The notes: generated by a model from the sequence alone, not told the origin. 64,000 nucleotides of DNA from an uncultured Bacteroidota bacterium (GCA_963700635.1 CAVOYH010000003.1:448001-512000), one strand, 5' to 3'. Counted from the stretch's first letter, positions 26,077 through 38,986 are shown. A program made the numbers and translations.

Positions 26077-27719
26077 CCGTCGAAGATCTTCAGGAACTCG
26101 CCGAACAGGAGCAGGAACGACAGGCCGGGTTTTCCCATCGTATCATGTACTGCGCCGCGGCCGGATGTGTTTCGTGCGGCAGTCTAAACATCCGAGACAT
26201 GCTGAAAAAGGCGCTCCAGGAAAAGAACCTCACTGCTCAGGTGCAGGTGATCGGAACCGGGTGCATGGGGCTCTGCGGTGAAGGACCGCTTGTGAAAGTC
26301 CTGCCCGATGAAACACTCTATCAGCGCGTGGATGAATCCGTCGCCCGGCGGATCGTCGAGGAACACCTGGTGCAGGGTGCCGCGGTGAAGGAACATGTTG
26401 TGGATACCACTCATCCCTTCTTCGCCGCCCAGTTCAAAGTGGTTCTCGAAAATTGTGGCCGCATTGACGCGGAAAAAATCGAAGAATACGTGGCCGTTGA
26501 TGGTTATCAGGCGCTGGCCAAAGTGGTCACAGAATTACAACCAACCGGGGTGATCGAGGAAATTCGCAAGAGTGGTCTCCGGGGCAGGGGCGGCGCCGGG
26601 TATCCCACAGGACTGAAGTGGGGTATCGTCAAAAAAGTGGAGAGTGATACGAAGTACGTGGTGTGTAATGCCGATGAGGGGGACCCAGGCGCATTTATGG
26701 ACCGCAGTGTTCTCGAAGGTGATCCGCACAGGATACTTGAGGGAATGGCCATCGCAGGCTATGCTGTCGGCGCCCAGCAGGGCTACATCTACGTTCGCGC
26801 AGAATATCCGCTGGCGATCGATCGCCTCCGGCTGGCCATCAAACAGGCCGAACGGCTCGGTCTTCTGGGCAACCGGATCTTCGAATCGCAGTTTAACTTC
26901 CGCATCGATCTCCGTATCGGTGCCGGGGCGTTTGTGTGCGGCGAGGAGACTGCCCTCATCCGCTCAATCGAAGGCCGCCGGGGACGCCCCCGGCCACGTC
27001 CCCCCTATCCGTCAGAACGTGGTCTCTGGGGGATGCCGACTTTACTCAATAATGTTGAAACGTTCGCAAATATCGCCCCCATTATCCGCAACGGGAGCAC
27101 ATGGTTTGCCGGCATCGGTACGCCCAAAAGCACCGGCACAAAAGTCTTCGCCCTGGCAGGCAGGATCCAGAATACCGGTCTTATCGAAGTGCCGATGGGG
27201 ATTTCCCTGCGGACGGTGGTATTTGATATCGGCGGCGGAACCCCCGAAGGCACGGAGTTTAAGGCCGCCCAGACCGGCGGCCCATCAGGTGGCTGCATTC
27301 CCAACGAACATCTGGACGTTCCCGTCGATTTTGAATCCCTTAGTGCCGTCGGCTCTATCATGGGCAGCGGCGGTATGATTGTGATGGATTCTACCTCACA
27401 TATGGTGGACGTCGCAAAATACTTCATGGACTTCTGTAAGGATGAATCCTGCGGCAAATGTATTCCCTGCCGGGTCGGTACAGTCCATATCCACGGCCTT
27501 CTCGATAAGATTTCAAAGGGCAAGGCCACGACGGACGATATGACGCGGCTGGAAGAACTTTGCATAATGGTAAAAGAGACCAGCCTCTGCGGTCTCGGCC
27601 AGAGCGCACCCAATCCGGTGCTCTCCACACTCCGGTTCTTCCGGCACGAGTACGAAGAACTCCTGAACCAGCCGGAGACGTTCGTCCATTCGGACACCGG
27701 AAACGATCTGACAACGTAA
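26073..27719 (+). CDS. hoxF: Bidirectional hydrogenase diaphorase subunit HoxF (NuoF-like)
   Basis: [36 protein letters not shown] and [10 protein letters not shown] motifs. Confidence 0.95.
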   Translation: MTVEDLQELAEQEQERQAGFSHRIMYCAAAGCVSCGSLNIRDMLKKALQEKNLTAQVQVIGTGCMGLCGEGPLVKVLPDETLYQRVDESVARRIVEEHLVQGAAVKEHVVDTTHPFFAAQFKVVLENCGRIDAEKIEEYVAVDGYQALAKVVTELQPTGVIEEIRKSGLRGRGGAGYPTGLKWGIVKKVESDTKYVVCNADEGDPGAFMDRSVLEGDPHRILEGMAIAGYAVGAQQGYIYVRAEYPLAIDRLRLAIKQAERLGLLGNRIFESQFNFRIDLRIGAGAFVCGEETALIRSIEGRRGRPRPRPPYPSERGLWGMPTLLNNVETFANIAPIIRNGSTWFAGIGTPKSTGTKVFALAGRIQNTGLIEVPMGISLRTVVFDIGGGTPEGTEFKAAQTGGPSGGCIPNEHLDVPVDFESLSAVGSIMGSGGMIVMDSTSHMVDVAKYFMDFCKDESCGKCIPCRVGTVHIHGLLDKISKGKATTDDMTRLEELCIMVKETSLCGLGQSAPNPVLSTLRFFRHEYEELLNQPETFVHSDTGNDLTT

Positions 27720-27735
27720 TCGCAGGACCACGACC

Positions 27736-28470
27736 ATGGCAATAGTCACTCTTACTATCGATGGCGAGCACCTCAGCGCAAAAGATGATGAATCAATCCT
27801 GCAGATTGCCCGCCAGCACAAAATTGAGATCCCGACCCTCTGCCACCTCGACGGCCTGTCTGACGTTGGCGCATGCCGCCTCTGTCTGGTGGAAGTGGAG
27901 GGCTGGACAAAACTTGCACCCGCTTGCACCACCCGGCCGATGGAAGGCATGGTGATTCTTACCGGCACCGATCGTCTCAAGAAGTACCGGAAAATGATTG
28001 TGGGACTCCTTGCCTCTGAAGGGAACCATCAGTGTGCCGTCTGTATGGTAAACAATCACTGCGAGCTGCAGAATCTGGCGTACGATGTGGGCCTGTTGTA
28101 CGTCGGCGTACCCTATCTCTACCCGGCGAAACATATCGACGCGTCTCACGAGAGCTTTATCATCGACCACAACCGGTGCGTCCTCTGCACACGTTGTGTC
28201 AGGGTGTGCCATGAAGTGGAGGGCGCACACGTGTGGGATATTGCCGGCCGGGGCATCAACTGTACCATCATCTCCGATTTGAACCAGCCGTGGGGCCAAT
28301 CGGAAAGTTGTACCTCCTGCGGCAAGTGTGTTCTGGTCTGCCCGACCGGCGCACTTGTCAAAAAGGGTGAAAGCGTCGCAGAAATGGAAAAACATACCGA
28401 ATTCCTGAAATACATCGTGACCGCCCGCCGGAAAGGCGAGTGGATCACCGTGGACACTGACGAAGAATAA
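27736..28470 (+). CDS. hoxU: Bidirectional hydrogenase subunit HoxU
   Basis: IPTLC, GACRLC, HQCAVC, CVLCTRCVRVC and CTSCGKCVLVCP motifs. Confidence 0.95.
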   Translation: MAIVTLTIDGEHLSAKDDESILQIARQHKIEIPTLCHLDGLSDVGACRLCLVEVEGWTKLAPACTTRPMEGMVILTGTDRLKKYRKMIVGLLASEGNHQCAVCMVNNHCELQNLAYDVGLLYVGVPYLYPAKHIDASHESFIIDHNRCVLCTRCVRVCHEVEGAHVWDIAGRGINCTIISDLNQPWGQSESCTSCGKCVLVCPTGALVKKGESVAEMEKHTEFLKYIVTARRKGEWITVDTDEE

Positions 28471-28486
28471 CACTCTCGAACAACTC

Positions 28487-29023
28487 ATGAAACCAAAAGT
28501 CGCTACAGTGTGGCTCGGAGGCTGCTCCGGCTGTCATATGTCGTTCCTCGATCTGGATGAACGCCTGATCGACCTCGCAGACAAAATAGACCTTGTGTAC
28601 TCTCCTATTGCCGATATCAAGGAATTTCCCAGAGACGTGGACGTTACGCTTGTCGAAGGTGCCGTCGCCAATGTTGAACATGAAGAATTTACCCATATCA
28701 TCCGCCGCAATTCCCGATTTGTGGTTTCCTTCGGGGACTGTGCGGTAACCGGCAACGTCACTGCAATGCGAAACAGTTTTGACACCGAAGAGATACTGCA
28801 CCGCTCGTATGTGGAGCTTGCCGATCTGACACCCCGTATACCGCGGGACTATCCTACGATTGCCGAGCTGATGAAACAGGCGCGTCCCCTCCACGAGTTT
28901 ATTACCGTGGATGCCTTTCTCCACGGCTGTCCTCCCAGCGCCGATCAAATCTGGACTGCGGTGAGCGAACTGCTCGAAGGGAAGATGCCCACACTCTCCC
29001 ATGTATTCCTGCGGTACGGGTGA
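28487..29023 (+). CDS. hoxY: [NiFe]-hydrogenase small subunit HoxY
   Basis: WLGGCSGCHMSFLD, GDCA and GCPP motifs; 178 aa. Confidence 0.95.
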   Translation: MKPKVATVWLGGCSGCHMSFLDLDERLIDLADKIDLVYSPIADIKEFPRDVDVTLVEGAVANVEHEEFTHIIRRNSRFVVSFGDCAVTGNVTAMRNSFDTEEILHRSYVELADLTPRIPRDYPTIAELMKQARPLHEFITVDAFLHGCPPSADQIWTAVSELLEGKMPTLSHVFLRYG

Positions 29024-29037
29024 AAGGACCGACGACC

Positions 29038-30468
29038 ATGGCAACCAGCACAATTACGATCAGTCCTGTTACGCGCATCGAGGGACACGCAAAGATTACG
29101 ATTCAGCTCAATGAGAAGGGAATCGTCGAGAACGCGCGTTTCCATGTGAATGAATTCCGCGGATTTGAGAAGTTCTGCGAAGGACGGATGATGTGGGAAA
29201 TGGGCGGTATCACCTCGCGGATCTGCGGCATCTGCCCGACAAGCCATCTTGTCACGTCTGCCAAAGCGGGCGATGTCATCCTCGCCGTTGAAATTCCAGA
29301 AACGGCTCAGAAGCTCCGCCGTCTCATTATCCTCGCCCAGTGGCTCCAGTCACACGCCCTGAGTTTTTTCCACCTCTCCTCTCCCGATTTTCTCCTGGGG
29401 TTTGATGCCGATCCCGCCACACGGAATATTTTCGGCCTCATCGCCCACGACAAAGAGTTCGCACGGCGTGGCATCCGGCTCCGGAAGTTCGGCCAGGAAA
29501 TCATCGAGGTGCTCGGGACCCGCCGGATCCATACCCCCTGGGCGGTGGCTGGCGGGGTACGCGAACCCTTCGATCCCGGGAAGAAGGATTACCTTCTGAA
29601 CTGGATCCCGGAAGCAAAAGAGACAGCGATATTCGCCCTGGATACGATAAAAAAGATCCATGTCAAATTTCAGAACGACATCCCCAGCTACGGCAACTTC
29701 CGCTCGTTATTTGTGGGACTTGTTGGAGATGACGGCGCGCTTGAATACTATGACGGGACAATCCGTGTTATGGATGGCGACGGGAATATCATTGCGGACG
29801 ACCTTGATCCCACGAAATATCATGATTACTTCGGGGAAGCCACGGAAGACTGGTCGTATCTCAAGTTCCCCTACTACAAACCCCTCGGCTACGCCAAAGG
29901 GATGTACCGGGTCGGCCCCCTGGCGCGGCTGAACATCTGCGACTACATCGATACGCCCCTGGCTGAGGCGGAGCGGAAACAATTTAAGGCGCTTGCCGGC
30001 GACGCCGGCACGGTGAACAACTCATTCTACTTTCACTATGCCCGGCTGATCGAGATCCTCTTCTCGGTCGAAAAGATCGAAATGTTGCTGAACGATCCGG
30101 CCATCGTCGGTCAGAACGTCCGGGCAAAGGCAATGATCAACAGGGACCACGGCGTCGGCGCTACGGAAGCCCCGCGCGGCATCCTGTTTCATGATTACAG
30201 GGTGAATCAAGACGGTGTACTGACGAAAGTCGATCTGGTGATCGCGACGGCACAAAACAACCTCGCAATGAACCGCACTGTCCGCCAGCTTGCCATGCAA
30301 TATCTTGACGGCGCAAAGGTCACGGAAGGGATTCTGAACCGCATTGAAGCCGGCATTCGCTGCTTTGATCCCTGTCTCTCCTGTTCAACGCATGCGATCG
30401 GCATGATGCCGCTACATGTGCAGGTAATCGACCATACGAACACGCTGCTGTGTGACGTACGGCGATGA
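29038..30468 (+). CDS. hoxH: [NiFe]-hydrogenase large subunit HoxH (group 3d)
   Basis: PVTRIEGH; L1 [10 protein letters not shown]; L2 [10 protein letters not shown] followed by a C-terminal extension. Confidence 0.95.
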   Translation: MATSTITISPVTRIEGHAKITIQLNEKGIVENARFHVNEFRGFEKFCEGRMMWEMGGITSRICGICPTSHLVTSAKAGDVILAVEIPETAQKLRRLIILAQWLQSHALSFFHLSSPDFLLGFDADPATRNIFGLIAHDKEFARRGIRLRKFGQEIIEVLGTRRIHTPWAVAGGVREPFDPGKKDYLLNWIPEAKETAIFALDTIKKIHVKFQNDIPSYGNFRSLFVGLVGDDGALEYYDGTIRVMDGDGNIIADDLDPTKYHDYFGEATEDWSYLKFPYYKPLGYAKGMYRVGPLARLNICDYIDTPLAEAERKQFKALAGDAGTVNNSFYFHYARLIEILFSVEKIEMLLNDPAIVGQNVRAKAMINRDHGVGATEAPRGILFHDYRVNQDGVLTKVDLVIATAQNNLAMNRTVRQLAMQYLDGAKVTEGILNRIEAGIRCFDPCLSCSTHAIGMMPLHVQVIDHTNTLLCDVRR

Positions 30469-30902
30469 GCAACACCCTGGTGATCGGCATCGGGAATACC
30501 ATCCGCGGTGACGACGGGGTCGGCATTCGTGTTGCCGAACACCTTGCGGAACGTTACGCCGGGTTTGATGTCCTGTGTATCCATCAGCTTTCGCCCGAAC
30601 ACGCAGAGACGGTTTCACGGTATGACCGCCTTGTTTTTGTGGATGCCAGCGTCGCAACGGATACGGTGCGCGTGACATCGCTCCACGCGGGAGCCGAATT
30701 CCGCCTGCCGCGTACGCACGATGTGTCCCCGGCAGGGATTCTCGCGCTGGCGGATGCGCTGTACCAGAAAACACCGTCTGACGTGATCCTTGTGGAAGTA
30801 CCGGCTTCGTCATGTGATTTCAGCGAAGGGCTTTCCTCGTCCACAGAAGCACTGGTTGAAGAGACGATTGGCATTGTGGCCGACTACGTTAAGAGGTCCT
30901 GA
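30465..30902 (+). CDS. hoxW: Hydrogenase maturation protease
   Basis: GIGNTIRGDDGVG, HQLSPE, FVDA and TH motifs. Confidence 0.9.
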   Translation: MSNTLVIGIGNTIRGDDGVGIRVAEHLAERYAGFDVLCIHQLSPEHAETVSRYDRLVFVDASVATDTVRVTSLHAGAEFRLPRTHDVSPAGILALADALYQKTPSDVILVEVPASSCDFSEGLSSSTEALVEETIGIVADYVKRS

Positions 30903-30905
30903 TCT

Positions 30906-33230
30906 TTGAAGCAACGCCTCCATGCAGTCATCCGCGGAGCCGTCCAGGGGGTGGGGTTCCGCCCGTTTGTCTTCCGGCTCGCCCGGGAGTTGAACCTGAC
31001 GGGGTGGGTGAAAAATTCCGCCCAGGGGGTGTACCTTGAGATGGAAGGTCCCGTGCAGCAGCTCGAACGGTGTATCCTCCGTCTCCAGACCGACCATCCA
31101 CCCCGCGCGTCTATCCAGAGTTGCGAAATCACGTATCTTGATCCCTGCGGCTTTGTATCCTTTAAAATCCTCGCCAGCGACGACACGGGTCCCAGGACGG
31201 CGCTTGTCCTCCCCGACATCGCCATCTGCGAAGATTGCCGTCGGGAGCTGTGGGATCCATCCGATCGCCGTTTCCGCTATCCGTTCATCAACTGTACAAA
31301 CTGCGGCCCCAGGTTCTCCATCCTCAACCGGCTTCCGTATGACCGCCCGAACACCACAATGCGGGATTTCCACATGTGTCCTGCCTGCCGGCAGGAATAT
31401 GAGGATCCCTTACACCGGAGGTTTCACGCACAACCAAACGCCTGTCCTGTGTGCGGGCCGCGCATCCAACTCTGGGATGCCGACGGACGGATTCTCGCAG
31501 AAGACGATGCAGCCGCACGATCTACGGTTGACGATCTCCTCGCCGGTGCGATCGTGGCAGTCAAAGGTCTGGGCGGCTTCCACCTGCTCGCTCTGGCCGG
31601 ATCGACTCAAACCGTCCGCTTACTCCGTCAGCGCAAACACCGGGAGGAAAAGCCGTTTGCAGTCATGGTGCCATCACTGGAGTACGCTCGCACACTCTGC
31701 CGGCTTTCCCCGCTTGAAGAGCGCCTGCTGACCGCCCCGGAATCTCCGATTGTGTTGCTCAGGCGCCTCGACAGGGCCGATGGCTCTCTGGTATGTCATG
31801 AAGTGGCACCGCGCAATCCGTCGCTCGGTATTCTCCTCCCTTATTCCCCGTTACACCACATTCTCCTGCGCGACGCCGGCATCCCCCTGATAGCGACCAG
31901 CGGCAATCTTAGCGATGAACCAATCTGTATAGATGAACACGAGGCTCTTCTGAGACTCAAGGGAATCGCTGACAGATTTCTCGTGCATAATCGTCCCATC
32001 GCGCACCATATTGACGATTCCGTTGTCCGGATCGTTCTCGGGCGGGAACTTGTGCTCCGGCGTGCACGCGGCTACGCACCGTTGCCTGTGTCCCTTCCGG
32101 AAGATGTCCCTGACCTTCTCGCCGTTGGCGCTCAGATGAAAAACACGGTCGCTCTCTCCCGCGGTAATCAGGTGTTTATCAGTCAGCATTTAGGCGATCT
32201 TGAAACTCCGGAAGCCTTTGAAACGTTTCGGAAAGAGACAGCGCTCATTCAGGAACTCTTTGATGGGAAACCGGCTGCGGTTGTATCTGACCTCCATCCG
32301 GACTATCTTTCAACCGGCTACACGCGGGAACGACCGGAACCGGTAATTGCCATTCAGCATCACATCGCGCACGTTGCCGCGTGTATGGCCGAGAACGCAC
32401 TCACACAGTCGGCGTTGGGAGTGGCATGGGACGGCACGGGACTGGGAACCGACGGGACCGTCTGGGGGGGAGAATGGTTCACTGTTCACGATGGGTCCTT
32501 TACCAGAGTCGCTCATCTGCGCCACTTCCCGCTACCCGGAGGGGATCAGGCAGCACGTGAACCGCGCCGCAGCGCCCTCGGGGTGCTGTACGCGATGATG
32601 GGAAATCAGGTTTTTGAACGATCAGACCTTCTTCCGGTTGTCTCCTGGTCAGAACGCGAACGGACGATTCTCCGGCAGATGCTCTCACAGAGAATACACG
32701 CGCCGCTGACATCCAGCGTGGGACGATTGTTCGATGCCGTGAGTGCCCTGATTGGCCTCAGGATGCAGAACATGTTTGAAGGGCAGGCCGCAATGGAACT
32801 GGAATGGACCGCGACCGGCAGCCAATCCTTCCCCCAAGATCCGGCGGGGAGACGTGTGGAGTCCGCGTACCCGTTTCAGCTTGTGGAACCGGCGATCCAG
32901 GGACATCCTCTGGTCGTCGATTGGGAACCAATGATACTGGCTCTTCTCGATGATCTCCGGGCAGCAACGCCAGCTGCCACACTCGCTGACAGATTCCACC
33001 GGACTCTGGCGGCTATCGTCGGTACGCTCGCAGAGCGCTTCGCCATTGAACGGGTTGTTCTTACCGGAGGATGTTTTCAGAATGTTCTGCTCACGGAGCT
33101 TGTTGTGAACGATCTGCGCGCCCGTCACTTCCGCCCGTACTGGCACCAGCGGGTACCACCCAATGACGGGGGAATCGCGCTGGGACAGATTGCCGCGGCA
33201 GCCCGTTTGTTTCAAACTCGCGTACCCTGA
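30906..33230 (+). CDS. hypF: Carbamoyltransferase HypF
   Basis: GAVQGVGFRPF acylphosphatase domain, zinc fingers, QHHIAH and PPNDGGIALGQ motifs. Confidence 0.95.
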   Translation: MKQRLHAVIRGAVQGVGFRPFVFRLARELNLTGWVKNSAQGVYLEMEGPVQQLERCILRLQTDHPPRASIQSCEITYLDPCGFVSFKILASDDTGPRTALVLPDIAICEDCRRELWDPSDRRFRYPFINCTNCGPRFSILNRLPYDRPNTTMRDFHMCPACRQEYEDPLHRRFHAQPNACPVCGPRIQLWDADGRILAEDDAAARSTVDDLLAGAIVAVKGLGGFHLLALAGSTQTVRLLRQRKHREEKPFAVMVPSLEYARTLCRLSPLEERLLTAPESPIVLLRRLDRADGSLVCHEVAPRNPSLGILLPYSPLHHILLRDAGIPLIATSGNLSDEPICIDEHEALLRLKGIADRFLVHNRPIAHHIDDSVVRIVLGRELVLRRARGYAPLPVSLPEDVPDLLAVGAQMKNTVALSRGNQVFISQHLGDLETPEAFETFRKETALIQELFDGKPAAVVSDLHPDYLSTGYTRERPEPVIAIQHHIAHVAACMAENALTQSALGVAWDGTGLGTDGTVWGGEWFTVHDGSFTRVAHLRHFPLPGGDQAAREPRRSALGVLYAMMGNQVFERSDLLPVVSWSERERTILRQMLSQRIHAPLTSSVGRLFDAVSALIGLRMQNMFEGQAAMELEWTATGSQSFPQDPAGRRVESAYPFQLVEPAIQGHPLVVDWEPMILALLDDLRAATPAATLADRFHRTLAAIVGTLAERFAIERVVLTGGCFQNVLLTELVVNDLRARHFRPYWHQRVPPNDGGIALGQIAAAARLFQTRVP

Positions 33231-33283
33231 CCCCGGCGCCCCCGACGTCGTAAGCAGAGAACCACAAGCAGGAAGGAGAACCG

Positions 33284-33512
33284 ATGTGCCTCGCCGTACC
33301 CGGTAAAGTGCTGGAGATTGACCGCACAAGGACCCCCGTGATGGGGACTGTCGATTTTGCGGGAGTGCAGAAACACATCTGCCTTGAGTGGGTGCCGGAA
33401 GCTCAGATCGGCAACTATGTCATCGTCCATGTTGGCTTTGCTCTTCATACGGTGGACGAAGAGGAGGCCGAAGAGACGTTACGCATGCTGAAAGAGATGG
33501 GCGGACTCGACG

Positions 33513-33526
<14 letters not shown>
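33284..33526 (+). CDS. hypC: Hydrogenase chaperone HypC
   Basis: MCLAVPG N-terminus and VHVGFA motif. Confidence 0.95.
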
Positions 33527-34599
<1,073 letters not shown>

Positions 34600-34607
<8 letters not shown>

Positions 34608-35661
34608 GAAGACATCCGGACGTGAAGGGTTTGCCTGCCCGCTTCCCATTTCCCGTTATCCCAAAGTCCTCCTGGCTCATGGAGGCGGCGGCAGACTTTC
34701 CCATGACCTTGTCGAGCAGCTTTTTCTTCCGGCCTTCCGCAACCCTCTCCTCGAACCGTTACATGATGGCGCGCTGTTGACGGTCCCGGGCCAGCACCTG
34801 GCATTCACAACAGACTCCTATGTGGTTCATCCGCTCTTCTTCCCGGGTGGGTCGATCGGGGAACTGGCCGTCTACGGCACGGTGAACGACCTCGCCATGT
34901 GCGGGGCCAGGCCATTGTACCTGTCAGCAGCCATGATACTCGAAGAGGGCCTGCCCATGGACGACCTCCTGCGCATTGTCACCGCAATGCGGACGGCAGC
35001 AGATCTGGCCGGAGTCTCTCTCGTGACCGGAGATACAAAGGTTGTTGATCGGGGAAAAGGGGACGGGGTGTTCATCACCACGTCCGGAATCGGCGTTATT
35101 CCCGATGGTGTGAACATCCGCCCCACAGAGGTCCGGCCCGGCGATGCCATTCTCATCAACGGCCCGATCGCCCAGCACGGCATTGCAATCATGTCAGTAC
35201 GGGAAGGACTCTCCTTCGAAACCACCATTGTGAGCGACACCGCACCTCTCCATGCTCTTGTGGAGTCCATGCTGACAGCGTCCCCGGACATCCATGTCCT
35301 ACGCGACCCGACCCGTGGGGGCGTGGCCAGTACGCTCAACGAGATCGCTTCCCAGGGGCACGTGGGCATTGAGCTCGAGGAAGATTCAGTCCCGATCGAT
35401 GAAGATGTCCGGGGAGCATGTGAGATACTCGGGTTTGATCCGTTGTACGTTGCCAATGAAGGCAAAGTCATCGTCATCCTGCCCGATTCGTCCGCCGGGC
35501 GTGTGCTGGATGCCATGCACAACCATCCACTCGGACGCCGGGCAGCATGTATCGGTCGTGTTGTTGAGACGCACGCCGGTGTTGTGACGCTCCGCAGCCG
35601 GATTGGCAGTTCGCGTGTTGTGGACATGCTTTCCGGTGAACAGCTTCCACGCATCTGCTGA
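34600..35661 (+). CDS. hypE: Hydrogenase maturation protein HypE
   Basis: HGGGG, TTDSYVV, RDPTRGG motifs and C-terminal LPRIC; start moved to ATG 34600. Confidence 0.95.
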
Positions 35662-35672
35662 GGAGTTTGCGA

Positions 35673-36740
35673 ATGGCACATCCAGAACACTGTACCATAC
35701 TGGTTGTGAATCCCGGTTCCACATCGACCAAGATGGCGTTGTACGAAGAAGACCGGCTGCTCTCCTCCCACACGCGGCACCATGACGCAAAAACACTGGA
35801 GAGGCTGGGTGGGGTCTGGCAGCAGTTTGAATTCCGGCTTCACCAGGTGCGTGAATGGACGCGGGCCTTGACTCAACATCTCTCGGCAGTGGTCGGAATC
35901 GGGGGACTTTTCCGGCCGGTACAGGGAGGAACCTACCGCGTCACGAACCGTATGCTCGAGGATGCCCGTGCAAATCTCCAGGGAGAACACGCCTCAAATC
36001 TCGGATGTGCAATGGCGCACACGCTTGCACAGGAATTTGACTGCGAGGCGTATGTGGTCGATCCTGTCTCCGTCGACGAACTCGAGCCCCTCTCCCGCTA
36101 CAGCGGACACCCGCTCATTCAGAGGAGCAGCCTGTCACATGCCCTGAACATCCATGCAGCAGCCCGCAGGGCGGTAGAAGAAGTGAAGATTCCTCTTTCA
36201 TCCTCTTCGCTGGTGATTGCACATCTCGGAGGAGGCATTTCCATTGCACCGGTGAAGGGGGGACGCATCATTGATATCAATGATGCCTCCAGCGATGGAC
36301 CGTTTTCCCCCGAACGCACCGGAGGACTCCCTCTCCAGCAATTTATCACACTCTGTTTTTCGGGCACGTTTTCGGAGCCTGATGTGCGCCACCTCGTGTG
36401 GGGGAATGGCGGACTGATGGCCTATCTTGGCACCAATTCCGCGATGGAGGTGGAGGAGCGGATCCGCCGCGGCGACGAGACTGCTCAGGAGGTTTATGAG
36501 GCGATGGCATATCAGATCGCCAAGGAAATAGGCGCGATGGCCTGCGCCCTCAAGGGAAAAGTGAATGCCGTGGTGCTTACCGGAGGACTGGCATCTTCAG
36601 CCATGCTGGTGGCATGGGTTACCGACCGGGTCCGGTTTATCGCGCCCATTCTTGTGTATCCGGGGGAAGACGAAATGCGTACGCTCGCGGCTGAGACCCT
36701 TGCGGTGCTGCGCGGGACAATGACACCACTCGACTATTAA
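35673..36740 (+). CDS. buk: Butyrate (branched-chain carboxylate) kinase
   Basis: NPGSTSTK, HASNLG, DPVSVDE, HLGGGIS, GPFSPER and YPGEDEM motifs. Confidence 0.93.
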   Translation: MAHPEHCTILVVNPGSTSTKMALYEEDRLLSSHTRHHDAKTLERLGGVWQQFEFRLHQVREWTRALTQHLSAVVGIGGLFRPVQGGTYRVTNRMLEDARANLQGEHASNLGCAMAHTLAQEFDCEAYVVDPVSVDELEPLSRYSGHPLIQRSSLSHALNIHAAARRAVEEVKIPLSSSSLVIAHLGGGISIAPVKGGRIIDINDASSDGPFSPERTGGLPLQQFITLCFSGTFSEPDVRHLVWGNGGLMAYLGTNSAMEVEERIRRGDETAQEVYEAMAYQIAKEIGAMACALKGKVNAVVLTGGLASSAMLVAWVTDRVRFIAPILVYPGEDEMRTLAAETLAVLRGTMTPLDY

Positions 36741-36750
36741 GGAACCCACC

Positions 36751-37659
36751 ATGATCTCCTCGTTCGCAGAACTCCGATCGGCCGCCCGGCAACATCCGGG
36801 CAGCCGTGTTGTTATCGTCGCGCCCCATACTCCGGAGATCCTGGCTGCAGCACGGGATGCCGAAGAATCTCTCGGCGTCTGCTGTGTACTGGTGGGTAAC
36901 CCCGCAACAATGGCCACAGAACCAGCCACAACGGCAATGGAACGTCATGAAGCGGTTTCTGTTCATGACGCGCTGAAGATATCCCTGACTCTCATTCGCT
37001 CCGGGAAAGGAGACGTTCTCATGAAGGGCAGCGTTGATACCTCAACACTCATGAAAGCGATCCTCGACGAAACAACCGGTCTGAGAACGGGACGGGTTCT
37101 CTCGGACGTGGTGATGTTTGAATACGACGGTGGTCCGGAAAGACGGCTCGTGATGATTACCGACGGCGGAGTCGTCACGACGCCGGATCTGAAAATGAAA
37201 CGGGAGCTCATCGTGAATGCTGTCGCCGTGGCGCACGCACTCGGCAACCCGCTTCCGAAAGTCGCCGTGCTTTCTGCAACCGAGTTCGTCAATCCGGTAC
37301 TCCCTTCCACGCTGGATGCTGCGGCGCTTTCCAAAATGTGCGAACGGGGTCAGATCACCGGGTGTCTTGTTGAGGGTCCGCTTGCTCTGGATAACGCCCT
37401 TTCACCCGAGGCAGCAGCGGAAAAAGGGTTACACTCGCCGGTAGCAGGGTCCGCCGACATCCTGGTTGGTCATTCGATTGAAGTGTCTAACAGTCTCGCG
37501 AAAGGGGCTACCTACTTTGCGGGACTGATGCCCGCCCACGTCATGGTGGGCGCAACGGTGCCTGTGCTCATCCCTTCAAGGGCAGACGGGAGCGAGGCGA
37601 GGATCCTGTCAATGGCTCTGGGCGTGCTCATGGCGCACGGAAAACCGGCTGGTGGATAG
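36751..37659 (+). CDS. ptb: Phosphate butyryltransferase / phosphate acyltransferase
   Basis: LMKGSVDT, TDGG, EGPLALDNA and SRAD motifs; adjacent to buk. Confidence 0.88.
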   Translation: MISSFAELRSAARQHPGSRVVIVAPHTPEILAAARDAEESLGVCCVLVGNPATMATEPATTAMERHEAVSVHDALKISLTLIRSGKGDVLMKGSVDTSTLMKAILDETTGLRTGRVLSDVVMFEYDGGPERRLVMITDGGVVTTPDLKMKRELIVNAVAVAHALGNPLPKVAVLSATEFVNPVLPSTLDAAALSKMCERGQITGCLVEGPLALDNALSPEAAAEKGLHSPVAGSADILVGHSIEVSNSLAKGATYFAGLMPAHVMVGATVPVLIPSRADGSEARILSMALGVLMAHGKPAGG

Positions 37660-37755
37660 AACATTTCAGGAGGGTCGGAACGCAAAACAGCGGGGAGACT
37701 CAGCAGCGAAGCAGGAAGCAGGTGGTGCTTCCTGCTCTTTACGATCCGGACAGTC

Positions 37756-38406
37756 CTACCGCCGAACCTCAGCTGGAGATTCTTCTTCAGTCGGATCCAT
37801 GGTCCCGAAAACATAATCCCACAGCGGAGAGCTGACACCATACCCTCTTCCGGGATTACGATAATGATGCAGAATATGATGATGCTTCATCTTCTGCCAT
37901 AGGCCGAATTTCATGGGGGCATGATGGGTGGCGTAATGGATTTCATCGTAAAAAATATAGCCGAGCATAAAACCGGCAAAAAAGGGCGCCGTATACATGG
38001 GGCCAAGCACAAGAGTAAACACACCAAAGAATAAGGACGCGAGGGGGATACTCACTGAGGGAGGCATGACAAGGCGTTTGGAGTCGTTGGGATATTCGTG
38101 ATGAACTCCGTGCATCATAAAATGCAGGTATTTTCCCCAGGAACTCTTCGGTTCGTAGTGGAACACAAAACGATGGAGCATATATTCCGTAAACGTCCAG
38201 AATAGGATTCCGACGACAAACAGCGACACAATCATCGATGTTGTCAGTCCGGGAGTGACCGCAGCCTGATACACGAAGTAAATCACGACAGGCAGATACA
38301 CGATTATGGGGACACTCCAGTGGACATGTGTGAAAAATTCAAGCACATTGCTCTTGAAAATCCGTGCTGATTCATCCTTATTGGACGTATAGAGTTTGGC
38401 CATCAT
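37756..38406 (-). CDS. Fatty acid hydroxylase / sterol desaturase family protein
   Basis: His boxes HRFVFH, HGVHH, HYATHH and HHILHH; RLVMPP motif. Confidence 0.9.
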   Translation of the reverse strand: MMAKLYTSNKDESARIFKSNVLEFFTHVHWSVPIIVYLPVVIYFVYQAAVTPGLTTSMIVSLFVVGILFWTFTEYMLHRFVFHYEPKSSWGKYLHFMMHGVHHEYPNDSKRLVMPPSVSIPLASLFFGVFTLVLGPMYTAPFFAGFMLGYIFYDEIHYATHHAPMKFGLWQKMKHHHILHHYRNPGRGYGVSSPLWDYVFGTMDPTEEESPAEVRR

Positions 38407-38485
38407 TATCCTCCTGAGCAGTTTTCGAACGGGAACAGGAGAACATACATACTTTTAGACTATTTTTCAAATTCATGACCATCCT

Positions 38486-38986
38486 ATGAAACAAGACTGC
38501 ACGATCCGCCCCGCCGGAGTCAAGGACCGGGATCAAATTTTGTACCTCGTGAGGGGGTTGGCAGATTATGAAAAACTCACCCCTCCCGACGAGGCCGCCC
38601 AGGAGAGACTTCTCCGGGACATGTTCTCCTCCCCCCCGCGCATACAGGCCTATCTGGCCGAGGTGGATGGCACAGCCGCCGGATATGCGTTTGTTTTTGA
38701 GACATACTCGAGCTTTCTCGCCCTCCCCACCCTCTATCTCGAAGACCTGTTCGTGCTTCCGGAATACCGGAACCGCAAGATCGGGTATGCCCTCTTCTCC
38801 TTCGTCGTGGAAGAAGCGCACAGGCGAGGGTGCGGACGAATGGAGTGGTCGGTTCTGGACTGGAACACCCTTGCAATCGATTTCTATAAACGTATGGGAG
38901 CTCTCCATTTGCACGAATGGCATGTGTACAGACTGGTCCGGTCTGATATGGAGCGTATTATGCAGGATTCTCAGCTCCCACGATGA
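38486..38986 (+). CDS. GNAT N-acetyltransferase (SSAT-like)
   Basis: LADYEK, YLEDLFVLPEYR and EWSVLDWN motifs. Confidence 0.9.
   Translation: MKQDCTIRPAGVKDRDQILYLVRGLADYEKLTPPDEAAQERLLRDMFSSPPRIQAYLAEVDGTAAGYAFVFETYSSFLALPTLYLEDLFVLPEYRNRKIGYALFSFVVEEAHRRGCGRMEWSVLDWNTLAIDFYKRMGALHLHEWHVYRLVRSDMERIMQDSQLPR

Noticed and set aside
25528-28470. nuoEFG of respiratory complex I
   Set aside because: Followed by hoxY/hoxH with NiFe motifs and no membrane nuo genes; these are the Hox diaphorase subunits.
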